Shown one piece after another: positions 52,929 to 64,000 of a DNA stretch of 64,000 bases. The stretch's first letter is position 1; each line of letters begins with the position of its first letter. Under the pieces are notes generated by a model. It was not told the origin of the DNA. It did no database searches and saw nothing but the letters and a program-made list of their open reading frames with translations. Location: contig JAXLRX010000001.1 of NCBI GenBank assembly GCA_046330855.1, forward strand, positions 765,984 to 829,983. The letters are read 5' to 3'. The DNA is from Mycobacterium sp. (GTDB lineage: Bacteria; Actinomycetota; Actinomycetes; Mycobacteriales; Mycobacteriaceae). A program made the position numbers and the translations under genes.

Positions 52929-53162
52929 ATGATCTTCGGCCTGCAGATCCTGCTGGTGATCACCAGCATCCTGGTGGTTCTCCTGGTGCTGCTGCACCGC
53001 TCCAAGGGCGGTGGCTTGTCGACGCTGTTCGGCGGCGGTGTGCAGTCCAGCCTGTCGGGTTCCACCGTGGTCGAGAAGAACCTCGACCGGCTGACGCTGT
53101 TCATCACCGGCATCTGGCTGGTGTCCATCATCGGCATCGGCCTGGCGATCAAGTACAGCTAG
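52929..53162 (+). CDS. secG: Preprotein translocase subunit SecG
   Basis: Two TMs, KGGGLSTLFGG, EKNLDR. TAGGCT lies 7 nt before ATG. Confidence 0.95.
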   Translation: MIFGLQILLVITSILVVLLVLLHRSKGGGLSTLFGGGVQSSLSGSTVVEKNLDRLTLFITGIWLVSIIGIGLAIKYS

Positions 53163-53188
53163 CAGCCGTCGAAGGGTCCTGGGCCACC

Positions 53189-53845
53189 ATGGCGACTCGG
53201 TCGGCTTCCCAGTCCCGGGCCGCCGCGACGCGTCAGGACATCATCAACGCCGCGGTCGAGTTGTTCGTCGATCGCGGCTACGGGGAAACCCGCCTCGGGG
53301 ACATCGTCGAACGCGCCGGTGTCACCACGGGGGCGTTCTACTACCACTTCGACTCCAAGTCCGTCGTCGCCGAAGCGATCATGGCGCAGGGCTGGCCCAA
53401 GGCCCTGGCCGTTATGGACAACGCGTTTCGGGCTGCCGACCGCTCGGGGCTCGAGCGGGTCATCCTGATGACTTTCGCGCTCAGTTCGCTGCTCAAGCAG
53501 GACCGGTCGGTGTGGATCGCCAATCACCTCAACCAGGCATTCGGTCAGCTCAGCGAAGAGGGCCGACGTGGCTTCGAAAGCCGGGCCCGCCAGTTCGTCG
53601 CCCGGGTCAGCGGGGTGGTCGGTGCCGAGGAGATCCGGCCGGACATCAGCCCGACCGACGTGGGCAACCAGGTCTGGATCACCGTGCACGGCTGCCACCT
53701 GCTCTCCGACGCGCTGGACGACGATGTCATCGCGAGACTGGCCCGCAGCTGGCACATGCTGCTGCCGGCGATGGTGCCCGCGGACAGGCTTGCCTACATC
53801 GAGGAGTTCGTCGACCGCACCGCCGGGAACCAGCGTCCCTCGTAG
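53189..53845 (+). CDS. TetR family transcriptional regulator
   Basis: HTH region IVERAGVTTGAFYYHFDSK. Confidence 0.9.
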   Translation: MATRSASQSRAAATRQDIINAAVELFVDRGYGETRLGDIVERAGVTTGAFYYHFDSKSVVAEAIMAQGWPKALAVMDNAFRAADRSGLERVILMTFALSSLLKQDRSVWIANHLNQAFGQLSEEGRRGFESRARQFVARVSGVVGAEEIRPDISPTDVGNQVWITVHGCHLLSDALDDDVIARLARSWHMLLPAMVPADRLAYIEEFVDRTAGNQRPS

Positions 53846-55467
53846 ACCGTGCCCAGGATCGCGATGTCGCCCAGCCGTTCGGGTTCCACCGCGTAGGGAT
53901 CCTCGGCCAGCACCGTGAAGTTGGCGCTCTTCCCCGGCGAGACACTGCCCAGCTCGTCCTCCAGCCGCCACGAGTAGGCCGCCTCGATGGTGACCGCCCG
54001 CAGGGCGTCCTGCACCGAGATCCGCTGATCCGGTCCGGCGACCCGCCCGCCCGGCGTGCGGCGGTTGACCGCGAAGGATGCCAGGGCCAGCGGCGCCGCC
54101 GGGCCCATCGGCAGATCTGAGTGCAGCGACAGCGGGATGCCCCGGCGCAGTACCGAGGCCGCACGCACCATGGAGTCGGCGCGCTGCGGCCCCAGGCCGT
54201 GCCGGCTGTACTGGTCGGCGAAGCCGACCGGGTAGTAGGAATTGGCCGAGACGATGCAGCCCAGTGACGCGATGCGGTCGATCTGCTCCTCGGTGGAATT
54301 CGCGAAGTGCACGATCACCGTGCGGTGGTCGCGGCGGAGATGCTCGGCCTGGCACACCGCGATCGTGTCCAGAACCAGATCCAGTCCGGCGTCACCGTTG
54401 ACGTGTATGTGCAACTGCCAGTCCGCATTCCAGTACGCCCGGGCGAACGCGCGGAAGGTGTCCGGCTGCATCATCCACTCCCCGTGGTGGCACAGGTCCG
54501 GGTGGCCGCCATCGTCGAGATACGGGCTGCGCATCTGCATCAGCTGGCTGATGATCGCCCCGTCGGCGAACAGCTTCACCTGTTTGGGCAGCAGCCGGAC
54601 TTTCCCCACCGACGCCCGCGCCACCTGGGTCTCGGCGTCGGCCACCGCGTCGGCCGGGTCCATCCCCGCATCGGCCTGGCCGCGGGCGTCGACCAGAAAC
54701 GTTGAACCGAAGGGTGTTTCGGCCTCACCAAGGATCTGCTCATAGAGTTCCCACGGCTCGACCGCCCACATGATGCCGGGCTCGTTGATGGCGGTGACGC
54801 CGTTGCCGTGCAGGTAAGCGACCAGCTGCCGCAGCCCGGCGGCGATCCGCTGCGGAGTCATGAACACCGGGCCGAGGCTGGGCATCAGCAGATTCGTCCC
54901 GGACTCCCACCAGTGCCCGCCCTCGACATCCACCATGTCGCTGGCCGCTCCCTGTCCGGCCATGCCCTCGGCGGTCAAACCCAGCGCCGTGATGGCCGCG
55001 CTGTTGAGAAAGAACTCGTGACAGGAGCGCTGCCACACCATGATCGGCCGGGTGGCGCTCACCGCGTCCAGCGCAGTCCGGTCCAGCGGTCCGTGCCACA
55101 GCGCGTGGTAGCCCCAGGAGAACAGCCACTCCCCGGGTGGCAGTGCCCGCTCGGCCCCGGCCAGGCGCGCCCGGTACTCCTCGGGTGAGTGGGCGGCGGG
55201 GAACGTCCGCCCCGGCAGCACCCAGTCCTCGATCGCGATCACCTCGGTGGTCAGGGTGGTCGCCCCGAGGATCGGGTGCAGGTGCTGGTCGATCAGGCCG
55301 GGAACCAGGACGGCGTCGGCGAAGGTGTCGTCGACCTCGCCGCCGAGGTCCCCGGCGGCGCCGACAGCGACGATCCGCCCGTCCCGAACCGCCACGGCCT
55401 CGGCGTCGGCGATGTCGGGATCCATGGTGATGATCCGGCGGGCGGTGAAGACGGTGGTGCCGACCAT
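53794..55467 (-). CDS. Amidohydrolase (YtcJ/amidohydrolase-3 family)
   Basis: PGLIDQHLH, KLFADG, HVNGD, HSD, GSVSPGKSANF. Confidence 0.88.
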   Translation of the reverse strand: MVGTTVFTARRIITMDPDIADAEAVAVRDGRIVAVGAAGDLGGEVDDTFADAVLVPGLIDQHLHPILGATTLTTEVIAIEDWVLPGRTFPAAHSPEEYRARLAGAERALPPGEWLFSWGYHALWHGPLDRTALDAVSATRPIMVWQRSCHEFFLNSAAITALGLTAEGMAGQGAASDMVDVEGGHWWESGTNLLMPSLGPVFMTPQRIAAGLRQLVAYLHGNGVTAINEPGIMWAVEPWELYEQILGEAETPFGSTFLVDARGQADAGMDPADAVADAETQVARASVGKVRLLPKQVKLFADGAIISQLMQMRSPYLDDGGHPDLCHHGEWMMQPDTFRAFARAYWNADWQLHIHVNGDAGLDLVLDTIAVCQAEHLRRDHRTVIVHFANSTEEQIDRIASLGCIVSANSYYPVGFADQYSRHGLGPQRADSMVRAASVLRRGIPLSLHSDLPMGPAAPLALASFAVNRRTPGGRVAGPDQRISVQDALRAVTIEAAYSWRLEDELGSVSPGKSANFTVLAEDPYAVEPERLGDIAILGTVYEGRWFPAVRSTNSSM

Positions 55468-55525
55468 GGGCCGATCATTGCAGGTTCAGCGAGCCTCGTT
55501 CGTCGGCAAGCCTGATACTTGACCA

Positions 55526-58330
55526 ATGACCGACACCGACACCTCGCTGGAGCCGATCGGCGACGTCTACCGCACCCGGATCGGCCGCGAGGCCACCGAG
55601 CCGATGCGCCATGACATCCGCCTGCTCGGCGCCATGCTCGGCGACACCGTCCGCGAGCAGAACGGCGAGGAGGTGTTCGACCTCGTCGAGCGGGCCCGCG
55701 TCGAATCGTTCCGGGTCCGCCGCTCCGAGATCGACCGCTCGGAGATGGCCGCCCTGTTCGACGGGATCGACGTGGGCAAGGCCATCCCGGTGATCCGGGC
55801 GTTCAGCACCTTCGCGCTGCTGGCCAATGTGGCCGAGGACATTCACCGGGAACGCCGCCGGGAGATCCACCTCGCGGCCGGCGAGCCGCCGCGGGACAGC
55901 ACCCTGGCGGCCACCTACCGCAAGCTCGACACCGCCGGGCTGTCGGCCGGCGAGGTCGCCGAGAAACTGACCGGGGCGCTGGTCTCCCCGGTCATCACCG
56001 CCCATCCCACCGAGACCCGACGCCGCACCATCTTCGACACCCAGAACCGCATCACCGCGTTGATGCGGTTGCGGCTGCACGGACATTCCGAGACCGACGA
56101 TGGCCGAGCCATCGATACCGAGCTGCGCCGCCAGATCCTGACGCTGTGGCAGACGGCGCTGATCCGGTTGTCCCGCTTGCAGGTTCGCGATGAGATCGAG
56201 TCCGGCCTGCGCTACTACCCGGCGTCGTTCTTCGAGGTCGTCCCGAAGGTCAACGCCTCGGTACGGGATGCGCTGCGGAGCCGCTGGCCCGGCGCCCCGC
56301 TGCTGGAGCGCCCAATCCTGCGGCCCGGCTCGTGGATCGGCGGTGACCGCGACGGTAACCCCAACGTCACCGCCGAGGTGGTTGCCCTGGCTACCGACAG
56401 CGCGGCCTACACGGCATTCGCGCACTACTTCGACGAACTGTTCCGGCTCGAGCAGGAGCTCTCGATGTCGGTACGGCTCGTGCCGGTCGACGACGACCTG
56501 ATCCGTCTGGGGGAGGCCTGCGCGGACCAGGCCCGCGTCGACGAACCGTACCGCCGGGCGCTTCGGGTGGTGCGCGCGCGGCTGACCGCCACCGCCGCCG
56601 CGGCCCTGCAGCGGATGCCCGAGCACGCACTGGATCTGGACCTGCCCGCCTATCCCGGGCCGGGGGAGATGCAGGCCGACCTCGGCGTGATCGACGCCTC
56701 GCTTCGGGCGCACGGCAGCACGCTGTTGGCCGACGACCGGCTGGCCCGCCTTCGGGATGCGTTGGACGCCTTCGGTTTCCACCTTTGCGGGCTGGACATG
56801 CGGCAGAACTCCGAGGCCCACGAACAGGTCGTCGGCGAATTGCTGGCCTGGGCCGGGGTGCATCCGGACTACGCGTCGCTGCCCGAGGAACGGCGGGTGG
56901 AGGTACTGGTGGCGGAGTTGTCCACCCGCCGGCCGCTCGTGCGTGACGACGCCGAGTTGTCGCAGCTGGCCCGCAAGGAACTCGACATCGTCGCCGCGGC
57001 GGCGCGGGCCGTGCGCACCCTGGGTGCCGAGGCGGTGCCCACCTACATCATCTCCATGTGCAAATCCGTCTCGGACATGTTGGAGGCGGCCCTGCTGCTC
57101 AAAGAGGCGGGGCTGCTGGATCTTTCGGGTGAGGAGCCGTACGCCCCGGTCGGAATCGTGCCGCTCTTCGAGACCATCGAGGACCTGCAGCACGGTTCGG
57201 CGATCCTGCAGGCCGCCCTCGACGTCCCGATGTACCGGGCCATGGTGGCTGCCCGCGGCAACACCCAGGAGGTGATGCTGGGCTACTCCGACTCGAACAA
57301 GGACGGTGGGTACCTGGCCGCCAACTGGGCGCTGTACCGCGCCGAACTAGACCTCGTCGAGGCGGCCCGGCGGACCGGAATCCGGTTGCGGCTCTTCCAC
57401 GGCCGCGGCGGCACCATCGGCCGCGGCGGCGGCCCGAGCTACGACGCGATCCTGGCCCAGCCGCCGGGCGCGGTCAACGGCTCCCTGCGGCTGACCGAGC
57501 AGGGCGAGGTGATCGCCGCCAAGTACGCCGAACCCCGCATCGCGCACCGCAACCTGGAGAGCCTGATCGCGGCGACGCTGGAGTCCACGCTGCTCGACGT
57601 CGAGGGCCTGGGCGACGCCGCCGAACCGGCCTACCGGGTGCTCGACGAACTCGCGGCCCTGGCCCAGCGCGCCTACGCCGAATTGGTCCATGAGACAGAC
57701 GGATTCGTCCAATACTTCGAGCAGTCCACCCCGGTCAGCGAGATCGGGGCGCTCAACATCGGCAGCCGGCCGGCGATGCGCAAGGCCACCACCTCGATCT
57801 CGGATCTGCGGGCGATCCCCTGGGTGCTGGCCTGGAGCCAGTGCCGGGTGATGCTGCCCGGCTGGTACGGCACCGGCAGCGCCGTGGAGCAGTGGATCGG
57901 TTCCGGTGACGAAGGGGTCGAGGCCCGGGTGGAGATGCTCCGCGACCTTTACCTCCGCTGGCCGTTCTTCCGCACCGTGCTGTCGAACATGGCGCAGGTG
58001 CTGGCCAAGTCGGACATGGGGCTGGCCGCCCGCTACGCCGAGCTGGTTGCCGACGAGTCACTGCGCGAGCGGGTGTTCGGCAAGATCCGCGCCGAGCACG
58101 ACCGCACCATCGCGATGCACAAACTCATCACCGGCCACGAGGACCTGCTGGCCGACAACCCGGCGCTGGCCCGATCGGTGTTCAACCGGTTCCCCTACCT
58201 GGAGCCGCTGAACCACCTGCAGGTGGAGTTGCTGCGGAGGTACCGCGCCGGTGAGAACGACGACAGGGTGAAACTGGGGATCCTGCTCACCATGAGCGGT
58301 CTGGCGTCCGCACTCCGCAACAGCGGGTAG
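55526..58330 (+). CDS. ppc: Phosphoenolpyruvate carboxylase
   Basis: [41 protein letters not shown]. Confidence 0.97.
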   Translation: MTDTDTSLEPIGDVYRTRIGREATEPMRHDIRLLGAMLGDTVREQNGEEVFDLVERARVESFRVRRSEIDRSEMAALFDGIDVGKAIPVIRAFSTFALLANVAEDIHRERRREIHLAAGEPPRDSTLAATYRKLDTAGLSAGEVAEKLTGALVSPVITAHPTETRRRTIFDTQNRITALMRLRLHGHSETDDGRAIDTELRRQILTLWQTALIRLSRLQVRDEIESGLRYYPASFFEVVPKVNASVRDALRSRWPGAPLLERPILRPGSWIGGDRDGNPNVTAEVVALATDSAAYTAFAHYFDELFRLEQELSMSVRLVPVDDDLIRLGEACADQARVDEPYRRALRVVRARLTATAAAALQRMPEHALDLDLPAYPGPGEMQADLGVIDASLRAHGSTLLADDRLARLRDALDAFGFHLCGLDMRQNSEAHEQVVGELLAWAGVHPDYASLPEERRVEVLVAELSTRRPLVRDDAELSQLARKELDIVAAAARAVRTLGAEAVPTYIISMCKSVSDMLEAALLLKEAGLLDLSGEEPYAPVGIVPLFETIEDLQHGSAILQAALDVPMYRAMVAARGNTQEVMLGYSDSNKDGGYLAANWALYRAELDLVEAARRTGIRLRLFHGRGGTIGRGGGPSYDAILAQPPGAVNGSLRLTEQGEVIAAKYAEPRIAHRNLESLIAATLESTLLDVEGLGDAAEPAYRVLDELAALAQRAYAELVHETDGFVQYFEQSTPVSEIGALNIGSRPAMRKATTSISDLRAIPWVLAWSQCRVMLPGWYGTGSAVEQWIGSGDEGVEARVEMLRDLYLRWPFFRTVLSNMAQVLAKSDMGLAARYAELVADESLRERVFGKIRAEHDRTIAMHKLITGHEDLLADNPALARSVFNRFPYLEPLNHLQVELLRRYRAGENDDRVKLGILLTMSGLASALRNSG

Positions 58331-58346
58331 CGGGTTTAATGGCCGG

Positions 58347-59222
58347 ATGACCGACGGGAAGGCAGGGCGCTCGACGCGTCGGGTCGCGCGGATGCTCGTG
58401 CTGGCGGTGCTGGTCGTGGCGGTCGCGGCCGGCATGGGGCTGGGGGTGTACTGGGTCAACGACGCCAGTCAGGCCGAGCAGGCCAGGGTGGGCGACACGG
58501 AGGCGGCCGATCGGGTGTCGGTGACGGCGACTATTGAGAAGGTGGACCCGGCGCAGTACTCGGCGACCGTGCGGGTGTGGCTCGTTCCGCGTGGCCGGTT
58601 CACCTCCGACGGCGGGGAGACGGCGAACCGCGAGATCCGGGTGGTCTCCAGCGGCCTCAACGGCGGCGCCATGGTGCTGGAGAGCGGTCGTCGTATTGCG
58701 GCACAGCCGATTACGCTCGAACTTCACCGCGGGGAGATCACCCACTATCCGTTCGATCGGTATGCGGCGGACCTCTACTTCGCGGCGGTGGCCGACGGCA
58801 AGAACGTCCCGGTGGACGTCGTTGTGGAGAACAACGACGCCTTCTTCAACCTCACCGCGAGGGCAGATTCCGACGACGTCGAACCCGGACTGCATCTGAA
58901 ACTGAGCCGCTCGCCGGGCACCTTCATGATGGTCGCGCTGATGTTCTGCGTAATGTGGGCTCTGGCACTCGCGGTGGCGGCGGCGGCGGTCATTGTCCGG
59001 AAGCGGTTGGGCCTGGTGTGGCCGGCCATGGCGTGGATGGCCGCGACGCTGTTCGCCCTCGCCGCGTTCCGCGGCACCGCGCCGGGCAACCCGCCGATCG
59101 GGTCGGTTCTGGACTACACCGCGTTCCTGTGGGCGGAGGCGATCGTCGCCTGCTCGCTGACCGTCGTCGTCATTCGCGGCGTGCTGCAGGAGCTGGGCGT
59201 CACTTCCCCCGAAACACGTTGA
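58347..59222 (+). CDS. DUF4436-like membrane protein
   Basis: N-terminal TM, YPFDRY, three C-terminal TMs with LFA..FR..APGNPPIGS.LD. Confidence 0.8.
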   Translation: MTDGKAGRSTRRVARMLVLAVLVVAVAAGMGLGVYWVNDASQAEQARVGDTEAADRVSVTATIEKVDPAQYSATVRVWLVPRGRFTSDGGETANREIRVVSSGLNGGAMVLESGRRIAAQPITLELHRGEITHYPFDRYAADLYFAAVADGKNVPVDVVVENNDAFFNLTARADSDDVEPGLHLKLSRSPGTFMMVALMFCVMWALALAVAAAAVIVRKRLGLVWPAMAWMAATLFALAAFRGTAPGNPPIGSVLDYTAFLWAEAIVACSLTVVVIRGVLQELGVTSPETR

Positions 59223-59535
59223 GCACGCCGCGCACCGCCGACTCGGTGGCCGCCACCGGGGACATCGCCGCCTCGGCGAGGTCGACCAGGCGCATCACGC
59301 GGCCCATCATCCCCTCCAACTGCCCGAGGCTGGCGTTGAGCCGGTTCAGCGTCTCGTCGAAGTAGGCCAGCGAGGCCTCCATCGTCCCGACCGCCTTGTT
59401 CAGGCCGACCAGATTGTGCTCCAGATCGTCGAGGATGTGATCCATCTGGTCGACGGTCTCGTCGGCGTTCAATGCGGCCTGGGCCAGCGTGCGGAGCCGC
59501 TCGGCGGGGCTGCGGGACCGGGACTTCTCTTCCAT
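59200..59535 (-). CDS. Small coiled-coil hypothetical protein (Rv1444c-like)
   Basis: RLRTLAQAALNADETV, heptad pattern. Conserved position after pgl. Confidence 0.75.
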   Translation of the reverse strand: MEEKSRSRSPAERLRTLAQAALNADETVDQMDHILDDLEHNLVGLNKAVGTMEASLAYFDETLNRLNASLGQLEGMMGRVMRLVDLAEAAMSPVAATESAVRGVLNVFRGK

Positions 59536-59540
59536 GGCGG

Positions 59541-60290
59541 TCAGTGTGTCAGCTTGCTCGCGGCGGCGGAGTCGACAAGCCACACCGTCCGCTCGGTTCC
59601 GATCGCTCCCGCGGCCGGCCAGTCGTCGGGATCGGCGCCCCCGACGGCCGCGGCCACCGCGTCGGCCTTGGCCTCGCCGGAGACCACCAGCCACACCTGC
59701 CGGGAACGCCGCACGGCCGGCAGGGTCAGCGTGATCCGGCGCGGCGGAGGTTTGGGGGAGTCCTCGACACCCACCACCATCCGGTCCGCCTCACGCACGG
59801 CGGCGGTGTGCGGGAACAGTGAGTTGATGTGACCCTCACCGCCCATCCCGAGCAGGTGGACGTCGAAAACCGGTGTGGGCGCGCCGGATTCGGCGTTGTC
59901 GGCCAGGGTCTGCTCGTAGGCCCGGGCGGCGGCCTCGATGTCGGAGCCGAACTCGGCGCCGCTCGGCGGCATCGGGTGGATGTTGACTGCCGGGATGTCG
60001 ATGTGGTCCAGCAGGGCCTCGCGGGCCTGCTTCTCGTTGCGCTCGTCATCGTCGCGCGGGACGAACCGGTCGTCGCCCCAGAACAGGTGGACTCGCGCCC
60101 AGTCCAGTGGGTGGGATCCGACGCGCTTGAGCAGGGCGATGCCGGTACCGCCGCCGGTCAGGACGATGTGCGCGACGCCTCGTTCGGCGATCGCGGCGGT
60201 GATCGCCGAGGCCAGGCGGTCACCGGCGGCGGCCACCAGGGCATCGGTGTCGGGGAAGGTGTCGACGGTGACGTCGGGAGTGCCGGCCAT
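59541..60290 (-). CDS. pgl: 6-phosphogluconolactonase
   Basis: [41 protein letters not shown]. Confidence 0.95.
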   Translation of the reverse strand: MAGTPDVTVDTFPDTDALVAAAGDRLASAITAAIAERGVAHIVLTGGGTGIALLKRVGSHPLDWARVHLFWGDDRFVPRDDDERNEKQAREALLDHIDIPAVNIHPMPPSGAEFGSDIEAAARAYEQTLADNAESGAPTPVFDVHLLGMGGEGHINSLFPHTAAVREADRMVVGVEDSPKPPPRRITLTLPAVRRSRQVWLVVSGEAKADAVAAAVGGADPDDWPAAGAIGTERTVWLVDSAAASKLTH

Positions 60291-60292
60291 GC

Positions 60293-61216
60293 TCAGTTCC
60301 CGGCGGCCGGGTAGATCACCTTGTCGATGCCGGCCAGGGCTTCGTGGTAGATCTCGTCGGCGTCCAGGCGGCGCAGATCCTCGGCCAGGCATTCGCGGGT
60401 TTCCCTGCGCGCCAACGGAAGCTGGGCGTCGGGGCGCCCGGTCCGGCTCAGGGTGGCGGTGGCCCCGTTCTGCGGCCGGCTCAGCACGATGGTCTGACTC
60501 TGCTGCTCGAGTTCGACCTTCAGCGCCCCGGTCTCCCGGCGCACCGGGCCGTCGATGCGTGCCGCCAGCCAGCCGGCCAGGATGTCCAGCGCCGGTTCGC
60601 TGGCCAGCCCGGACACCAGCGCGCCGGTGAGCGGTTCGTAGGGCGGCTGGTCGAGTGCGGACGCCAGCAGCGCCCGCCAGTAGGTGATACGGCTCCATGC
60701 GAGATCGGTGTCGCCCTTCGTGTAGCCGGTGAGCCGGCTGCGCAAGGTGGCCAGCGGATTCTCCGTCCCGGTGGCGTCGGTGATCCGGCGAATCGCCAAG
60801 CGGCCCAACGGATCCTGAGCCGGGATCTGCGGCGCCTCGCCGGGCCACCAGGTCACCACCGGGGTATCGGGCAGGAGGAACGGCAGAACCACGCTGCTGG
60901 CGTGGGCCGCCAGCGCCCCGGCGGTCTTGAGCACCACCACCTCACCGGCGCCGGCGTCGCCGCCGACCCGCAACTGGCCGTCCAGACGCGCCTTGCCGCT
61001 GTCCGGTTCGATCGGGACGACGACGATGATCCGGCACGGGTGTTCGCGGCTGGCACCGACGGACGCGTCGATGGCGTCCTCCAGAATCGCCTCGCGGTCC
61101 GGCGCCACCACCAGGGTCAGCACCCGGCCCAGGGTGATCGCGCCGCCCTCCTCACGAAGCGAGGTGATGCGCTTGTTGATGTCGTTGGTCGTGGTGTCGG
61201 GAAGGTCGACGATCAT
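60293..61216 (-). CDS. opcA: Glucose-6-phosphate dehydrogenase assembly protein
   Basis: [37 protein letters not shown]. Confidence 0.93.
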   Translation of the reverse strand: MIVDLPDTTTNDINKRITSLREEGGAITLGRVLTLVVAPDREAILEDAIDASVGASREHPCRIIVVVPIEPDSGKARLDGQLRVGGDAGAGEVVVLKTAGALAAHASSVVLPFLLPDTPVVTWWPGEAPQIPAQDPLGRLAIRRITDATGTENPLATLRSRLTGYTKGDTDLAWSRITYWRALLASALDQPPYEPLTGALVSGLASEPALDILAGWLAARIDGPVRRETGALKVELEQQSQTIVLSRPQNGATATLSRTGRPDAQLPLARRETRECLAEDLRRLDADEIYHEALAGIDKVIYPAAGN

Positions 61217-61367
61217 TGGCGCCGCTCCTCTTCGTCGCTCGGGTGGATTGCCCGACTCCTCCTCATCGCTCGTGCCTCGCTCTGCATCGTCGCGCGGGCG
61301 CCTCGCTCCGCATCGTCGTCGGCGCGGATCACTTCAGTGGACTCCGCTCTTCGCTGGCGCTCATCAC
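61213..61367 (-). repeat. MIRU-like intergenic element between zwf and opcA
   Basis: Minus strand has GCGCCGACGACGATGCGGAGCG, CGACGATGCAGAGCG, GCGATGAGGAGGAG and GAAGAGGAGCGGCGC, which are core MIRU motifs. Confidence 0.8.
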
Positions 61368-61369
61368 GG

Positions 61370-62938
61370 TCAGGGCCTCCTCCATTCGCGGCCGGAGCGT
61401 TCCAGCATCTCGAACGCCGAGTCCGGGCCCCACGACCCGGACTCGTACGGATCGGGCTTCCCGTGACCGGCCCAGTACTCGAGCGCGGGATCGAGGATCT
61501 TCCAGGACAATTCGACTTCGGCGTTGCTGGGGAACAGCGACGGTTCGCCCAGCAGGACATCGAGGATCAGCCGCTCGTAGGCCTCGGGGGAGTCCTCGGC
61601 GAACGCAGATCCGTAGGAGAAGTCCATGTTGACGTCGCGGACCTCCATGGCGCTGCCCGGCACCTTCGAGCCGAACCGCAGGGTGATGCCCTCGTCCGGC
61701 TGCACCCGGATCACCAGGGCGTTCTGGCCCAGCTCCTCGGTCATGGTGGCGTCGAACGGAAGGTGCGGCGCGCGCTTGAACATCAGCGCGATCTCAGTGA
61801 CCCTGCGGCCCAACCGTTTTCCGGTGCGCAGGTAGAACGGGACACCGGCCCAGCGCCGGGTGTCCACGTCGAGGGTGATCGCGGCGAATGTCTCGGTGGT
61901 CGAGGTGTGCGAGAAACCCTCCTCGTCGAGCAGGCCGACCACCTGCTGGCCGCCCTGCCAGCCCGCGGCGTACTGCCCGCGCGAGGTGGTGAGATCCAGC
62001 GGTTCGGCCAGCCGGGTGGCGGAGAGCACTTTGATCTTCTCGGCGCGCACCTCGTCGGGATGGAAGCTGACCGGCTCCTCCAGGGCGGTCAGCGCCAGCA
62101 GTTGCAGAAGGTGATTCTGGATGACGTCGCGGGCCGCGCCGATACCGTCGTAGTAGCCGGCCCGCCCGCCCAGGCCGATGTCTTCGGCCATGGTGATCTG
62201 CACGCTGTCGACGTAGTGGCTACTCCAGATCGGTTCGAACAACTCGTTGGCGAACCGCAGCGCCAGGATGTTCTGGACGGTCTCCTTGCCGAGGTAGTGG
62301 TCGATGCGGAACACCGACTGCTCGGGGAAGACGCTGTTGACCACCCGGTTGAGTTCGATCGCCGACTGCAGGTCGTGACCGAACGGCTTCTCGATCACCA
62401 CCCGGCTCCACCGGCCGTCCTTGGGGTCGGCCAGCCCGGACTTCTTCAGCTGCTCGGTGACCACCGGGAAGGCGTTCGGCGGGATGGACAGGTAGAAGGC
62501 GTGGTTGCCGCCGGTGCCCCGTTCGACGTCGAGTTTCTCGAGCGTTTCGGCCAGCTTGGCGAAGGAGACCGAATCGTCGAAAGTGCCCTGCACGAAGCGG
62601 ATTCCCTCGGCCAGCCGGTCCCAGACCTCCTGGCGGAACGGGGTGCGGGCGTGGTCCCTGACCGCGTCGTGGACGATCTGCGCGAAGTCCTCGTCGGCCC
62701 AGTCCCGGCGGGCGAAACCGACCAGTGCGAACGACGGCGGCAGCAGGCCGCGGTTGGCCAGGTCGTAGATCGCCGGCATCAGCTTCTTGCGGGACAGGTC
62801 ACCGGTGACGCCGAAGATCACCACCCCGCACGGGCCGGGGATGCGCGGCATGCGTTTGTCGCGCTTGTCCCGCAGCGGGTTGTGCCATCCGGCCGGAACC
62901 GGCACGCAGATCTCGTCCGGAGACACGTCCTTGGTCAT
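61370..62938 (-). CDS. zwf: Glucose-6-phosphate 1-dehydrogenase
   Basis: [28 protein letters not shown]. Confidence 0.97.
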   Translation of the reverse strand: MTKDVSPDEICVPVPAGWHNPLRDKRDKRMPRIPGPCGVVIFGVTGDLSRKKLMPAIYDLANRGLLPPSFALVGFARRDWADEDFAQIVHDAVRDHARTPFRQEVWDRLAEGIRFVQGTFDDSVSFAKLAETLEKLDVERGTGGNHAFYLSIPPNAFPVVTEQLKKSGLADPKDGRWSRVVIEKPFGHDLQSAIELNRVVNSVFPEQSVFRIDHYLGKETVQNILALRFANELFEPIWSSHYVDSVQITMAEDIGLGGRAGYYDGIGAARDVIQNHLLQLLALTALEEPVSFHPDEVRAEKIKVLSATRLAEPLDLTTSRGQYAAGWQGGQQVVGLLDEEGFSHTSTTETFAAITLDVDTRRWAGVPFYLRTGKRLGRRVTEIALMFKRAPHLPFDATMTEELGQNALVIRVQPDEGITLRFGSKVPGSAMEVRDVNMDFSYGSAFAEDSPEAYERLILDVLLGEPSLFPSNAEVELSWKILDPALEYWAGHGKPDPYESGSWGPDSAFEMLERSGREWRRP

Positions 62939-64000
62939 TTCTTGGCGGCGTCCAACTGGCCCTGAGTCGCCTCGAGCAGCTCGTGCCAGGACTTCTCGAA
63001 CTTGTCCACGCCGTCGCGTTCGAGGAACTCGAAGACGTCGAGCAGGTCGATGCCGAGTTCCTCAAGCTTGAGGAAGACGCCCTGGGACTCGACGATCTTG
63101 TTGCTGATGGTGTCTCCGGTGATGACGCCGTGGTCGGCGACCGCGTCCATGGTCTTCTCCGGCATGGTGTTGACGGTGTGCGCCGCCACCAGTTCGGTGA
63201 CGTACATGGTGTCGGAATAGTCCGGGTTCTTGACTCCGGTCGACGCCCACAGCGGCCGCTGCACCCGGCCGCCGGCCAAGGACAGCTTCTCATAGCGGGG
63301 CGACATGAAGACCTGCTCGTACTCGGCGTAGGCGAGCCGGGCGTTGGCCACGCCCGCCTTGCCGCGCATCGCCAGCGCCTCCGGTGTGCCGATGGCCTCC
63401 AGCCGCTTGTCGATCTCGGTGTCCACCCGGGAGACGAAGAACGAGGCGACGGAATGGATCTTGGAGATGTCGTGCCCGGCCTTCTTGGCCGCCTCCAGAC
63501 CGGCGAGGTAGGCGTCCATCACCTCGACGTGGCGATCCACCGAGAAGATCAGGGTGACGTTGACCGAGATGCCCTCGCCGATGACGGCGGTGATGGCCGG
63601 CAGTCCGGCCTTGGTCGCCGGGATCTTGATCAGCAGGTTAGGGCGGTCGACGATCTTCCACAGCTCGATCGCCTGCAGGATCGTCTTGTCGGTGTCGTGG
63701 GCCAGTCGCGGGTCGACCTCGATCGAGACCCGGCCGTCGAGGCCGTCGGAGGCCTCCCACTGGGGCCGCAGTACGTCACAGGCCTCCCGGACATCGTCGG
63801 TGGTGACGGTGCGGATGGTGGCGTCGACATCGGCGCCGCGGGCGGCCAATTCGGCCACCTGCGCGTCATAGGCGGTGCCCTTGGACAGCGCGGCCTGGAA
63901 GATCGACGGGTTGGTGGTGACGCCCACGACCGACTTGGTGTCGATCAACTCCTGCAGATTCCCCGACCGCAGCCGGTCGCGGGACAGGTCGTCGAGCCAC
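62935..64000 (-). CDS. tal: Transaldolase (5' end outside window)
   Basis: [37 protein letters not shown]. Confidence 0.95.
   Translation of the reverse strand, partial: WLDDLSRDRLRSGNLQELIDTKSVVGVTTNPSIFQAALSKGTAYDAQVAELAARGADVDATIRTVTTDDVREACDVLRPQWEASDGLDGRVSIEVDPRLAHDTDKTILQAIELWKIVDRPNLLIKIPATKAGLPAITAVIGEGISVNVTLIFSVDRHVEVMDAYLAGLEAAKKAGHDISKIHSVASFFVSRVDTEIDKRLEAIGTPEALAMRGKAGVANARLAYAEYEQVFMSPRYEKLSLAGGRVQRPLWASTGVKNPDYSDTMYVTELVAAHTVNTMPEKTMDAVADHGVITGDTISNKIVESQGVFLKLEELGIDLLDVFEFLERDGVDKFEKSWHELLEATQGQLDAAKK

Noticed and set aside
60344-62965. 873-aa plus-strand ORF and other long antisense ORFs (e.g. 10282-12246, 6635-8200, 41248-42894, 55475-57193)
   Set aside because: Shadow frames opposite well-conserved genes, expected from high-GC codon bias. 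No recognisable motifs.

Overview
GC-rich core-chromosome segment of a mycobacterium. It is probably a rapid grower: efp-nusB lies next to the pyr operon and ppc is present, as in M. smegmatis and unlike M. tuberculosis. Gene order: pepQ-efp-nusB, pyrR-pyrB-pyrC-orf-carA-carB-pyrF, mihF-gmk-rpoZ-coaBC-metK, priA, fmt-rsmB-rpe-ribD, lprG-P55, ribE-ribBA-ribH, uvrC-rapZ-yvcK-whiA, gap-pgk-tpiA-secG, ppc, and tal-zwf-opcA-pgl on the minus strand, with small accessory insertions between these blocks. I found no tRNA, rRNA, IS, prophage or CRISPR array. The two strongest oddities are (1) an in-frame NusB-class I methyltransferase fusion and (2) six junctions where the intergenic DNA reads as mini-ORFs linking the upstream stop to the downstream start, plus one in-frame repeat insertion at rapZ-yvcK. 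The second looks like MIRU-style translational relays, although most of the spacers have no MIRU sequence. All calls come from reading the sequence and from recalled family motifs; no database searches were run.
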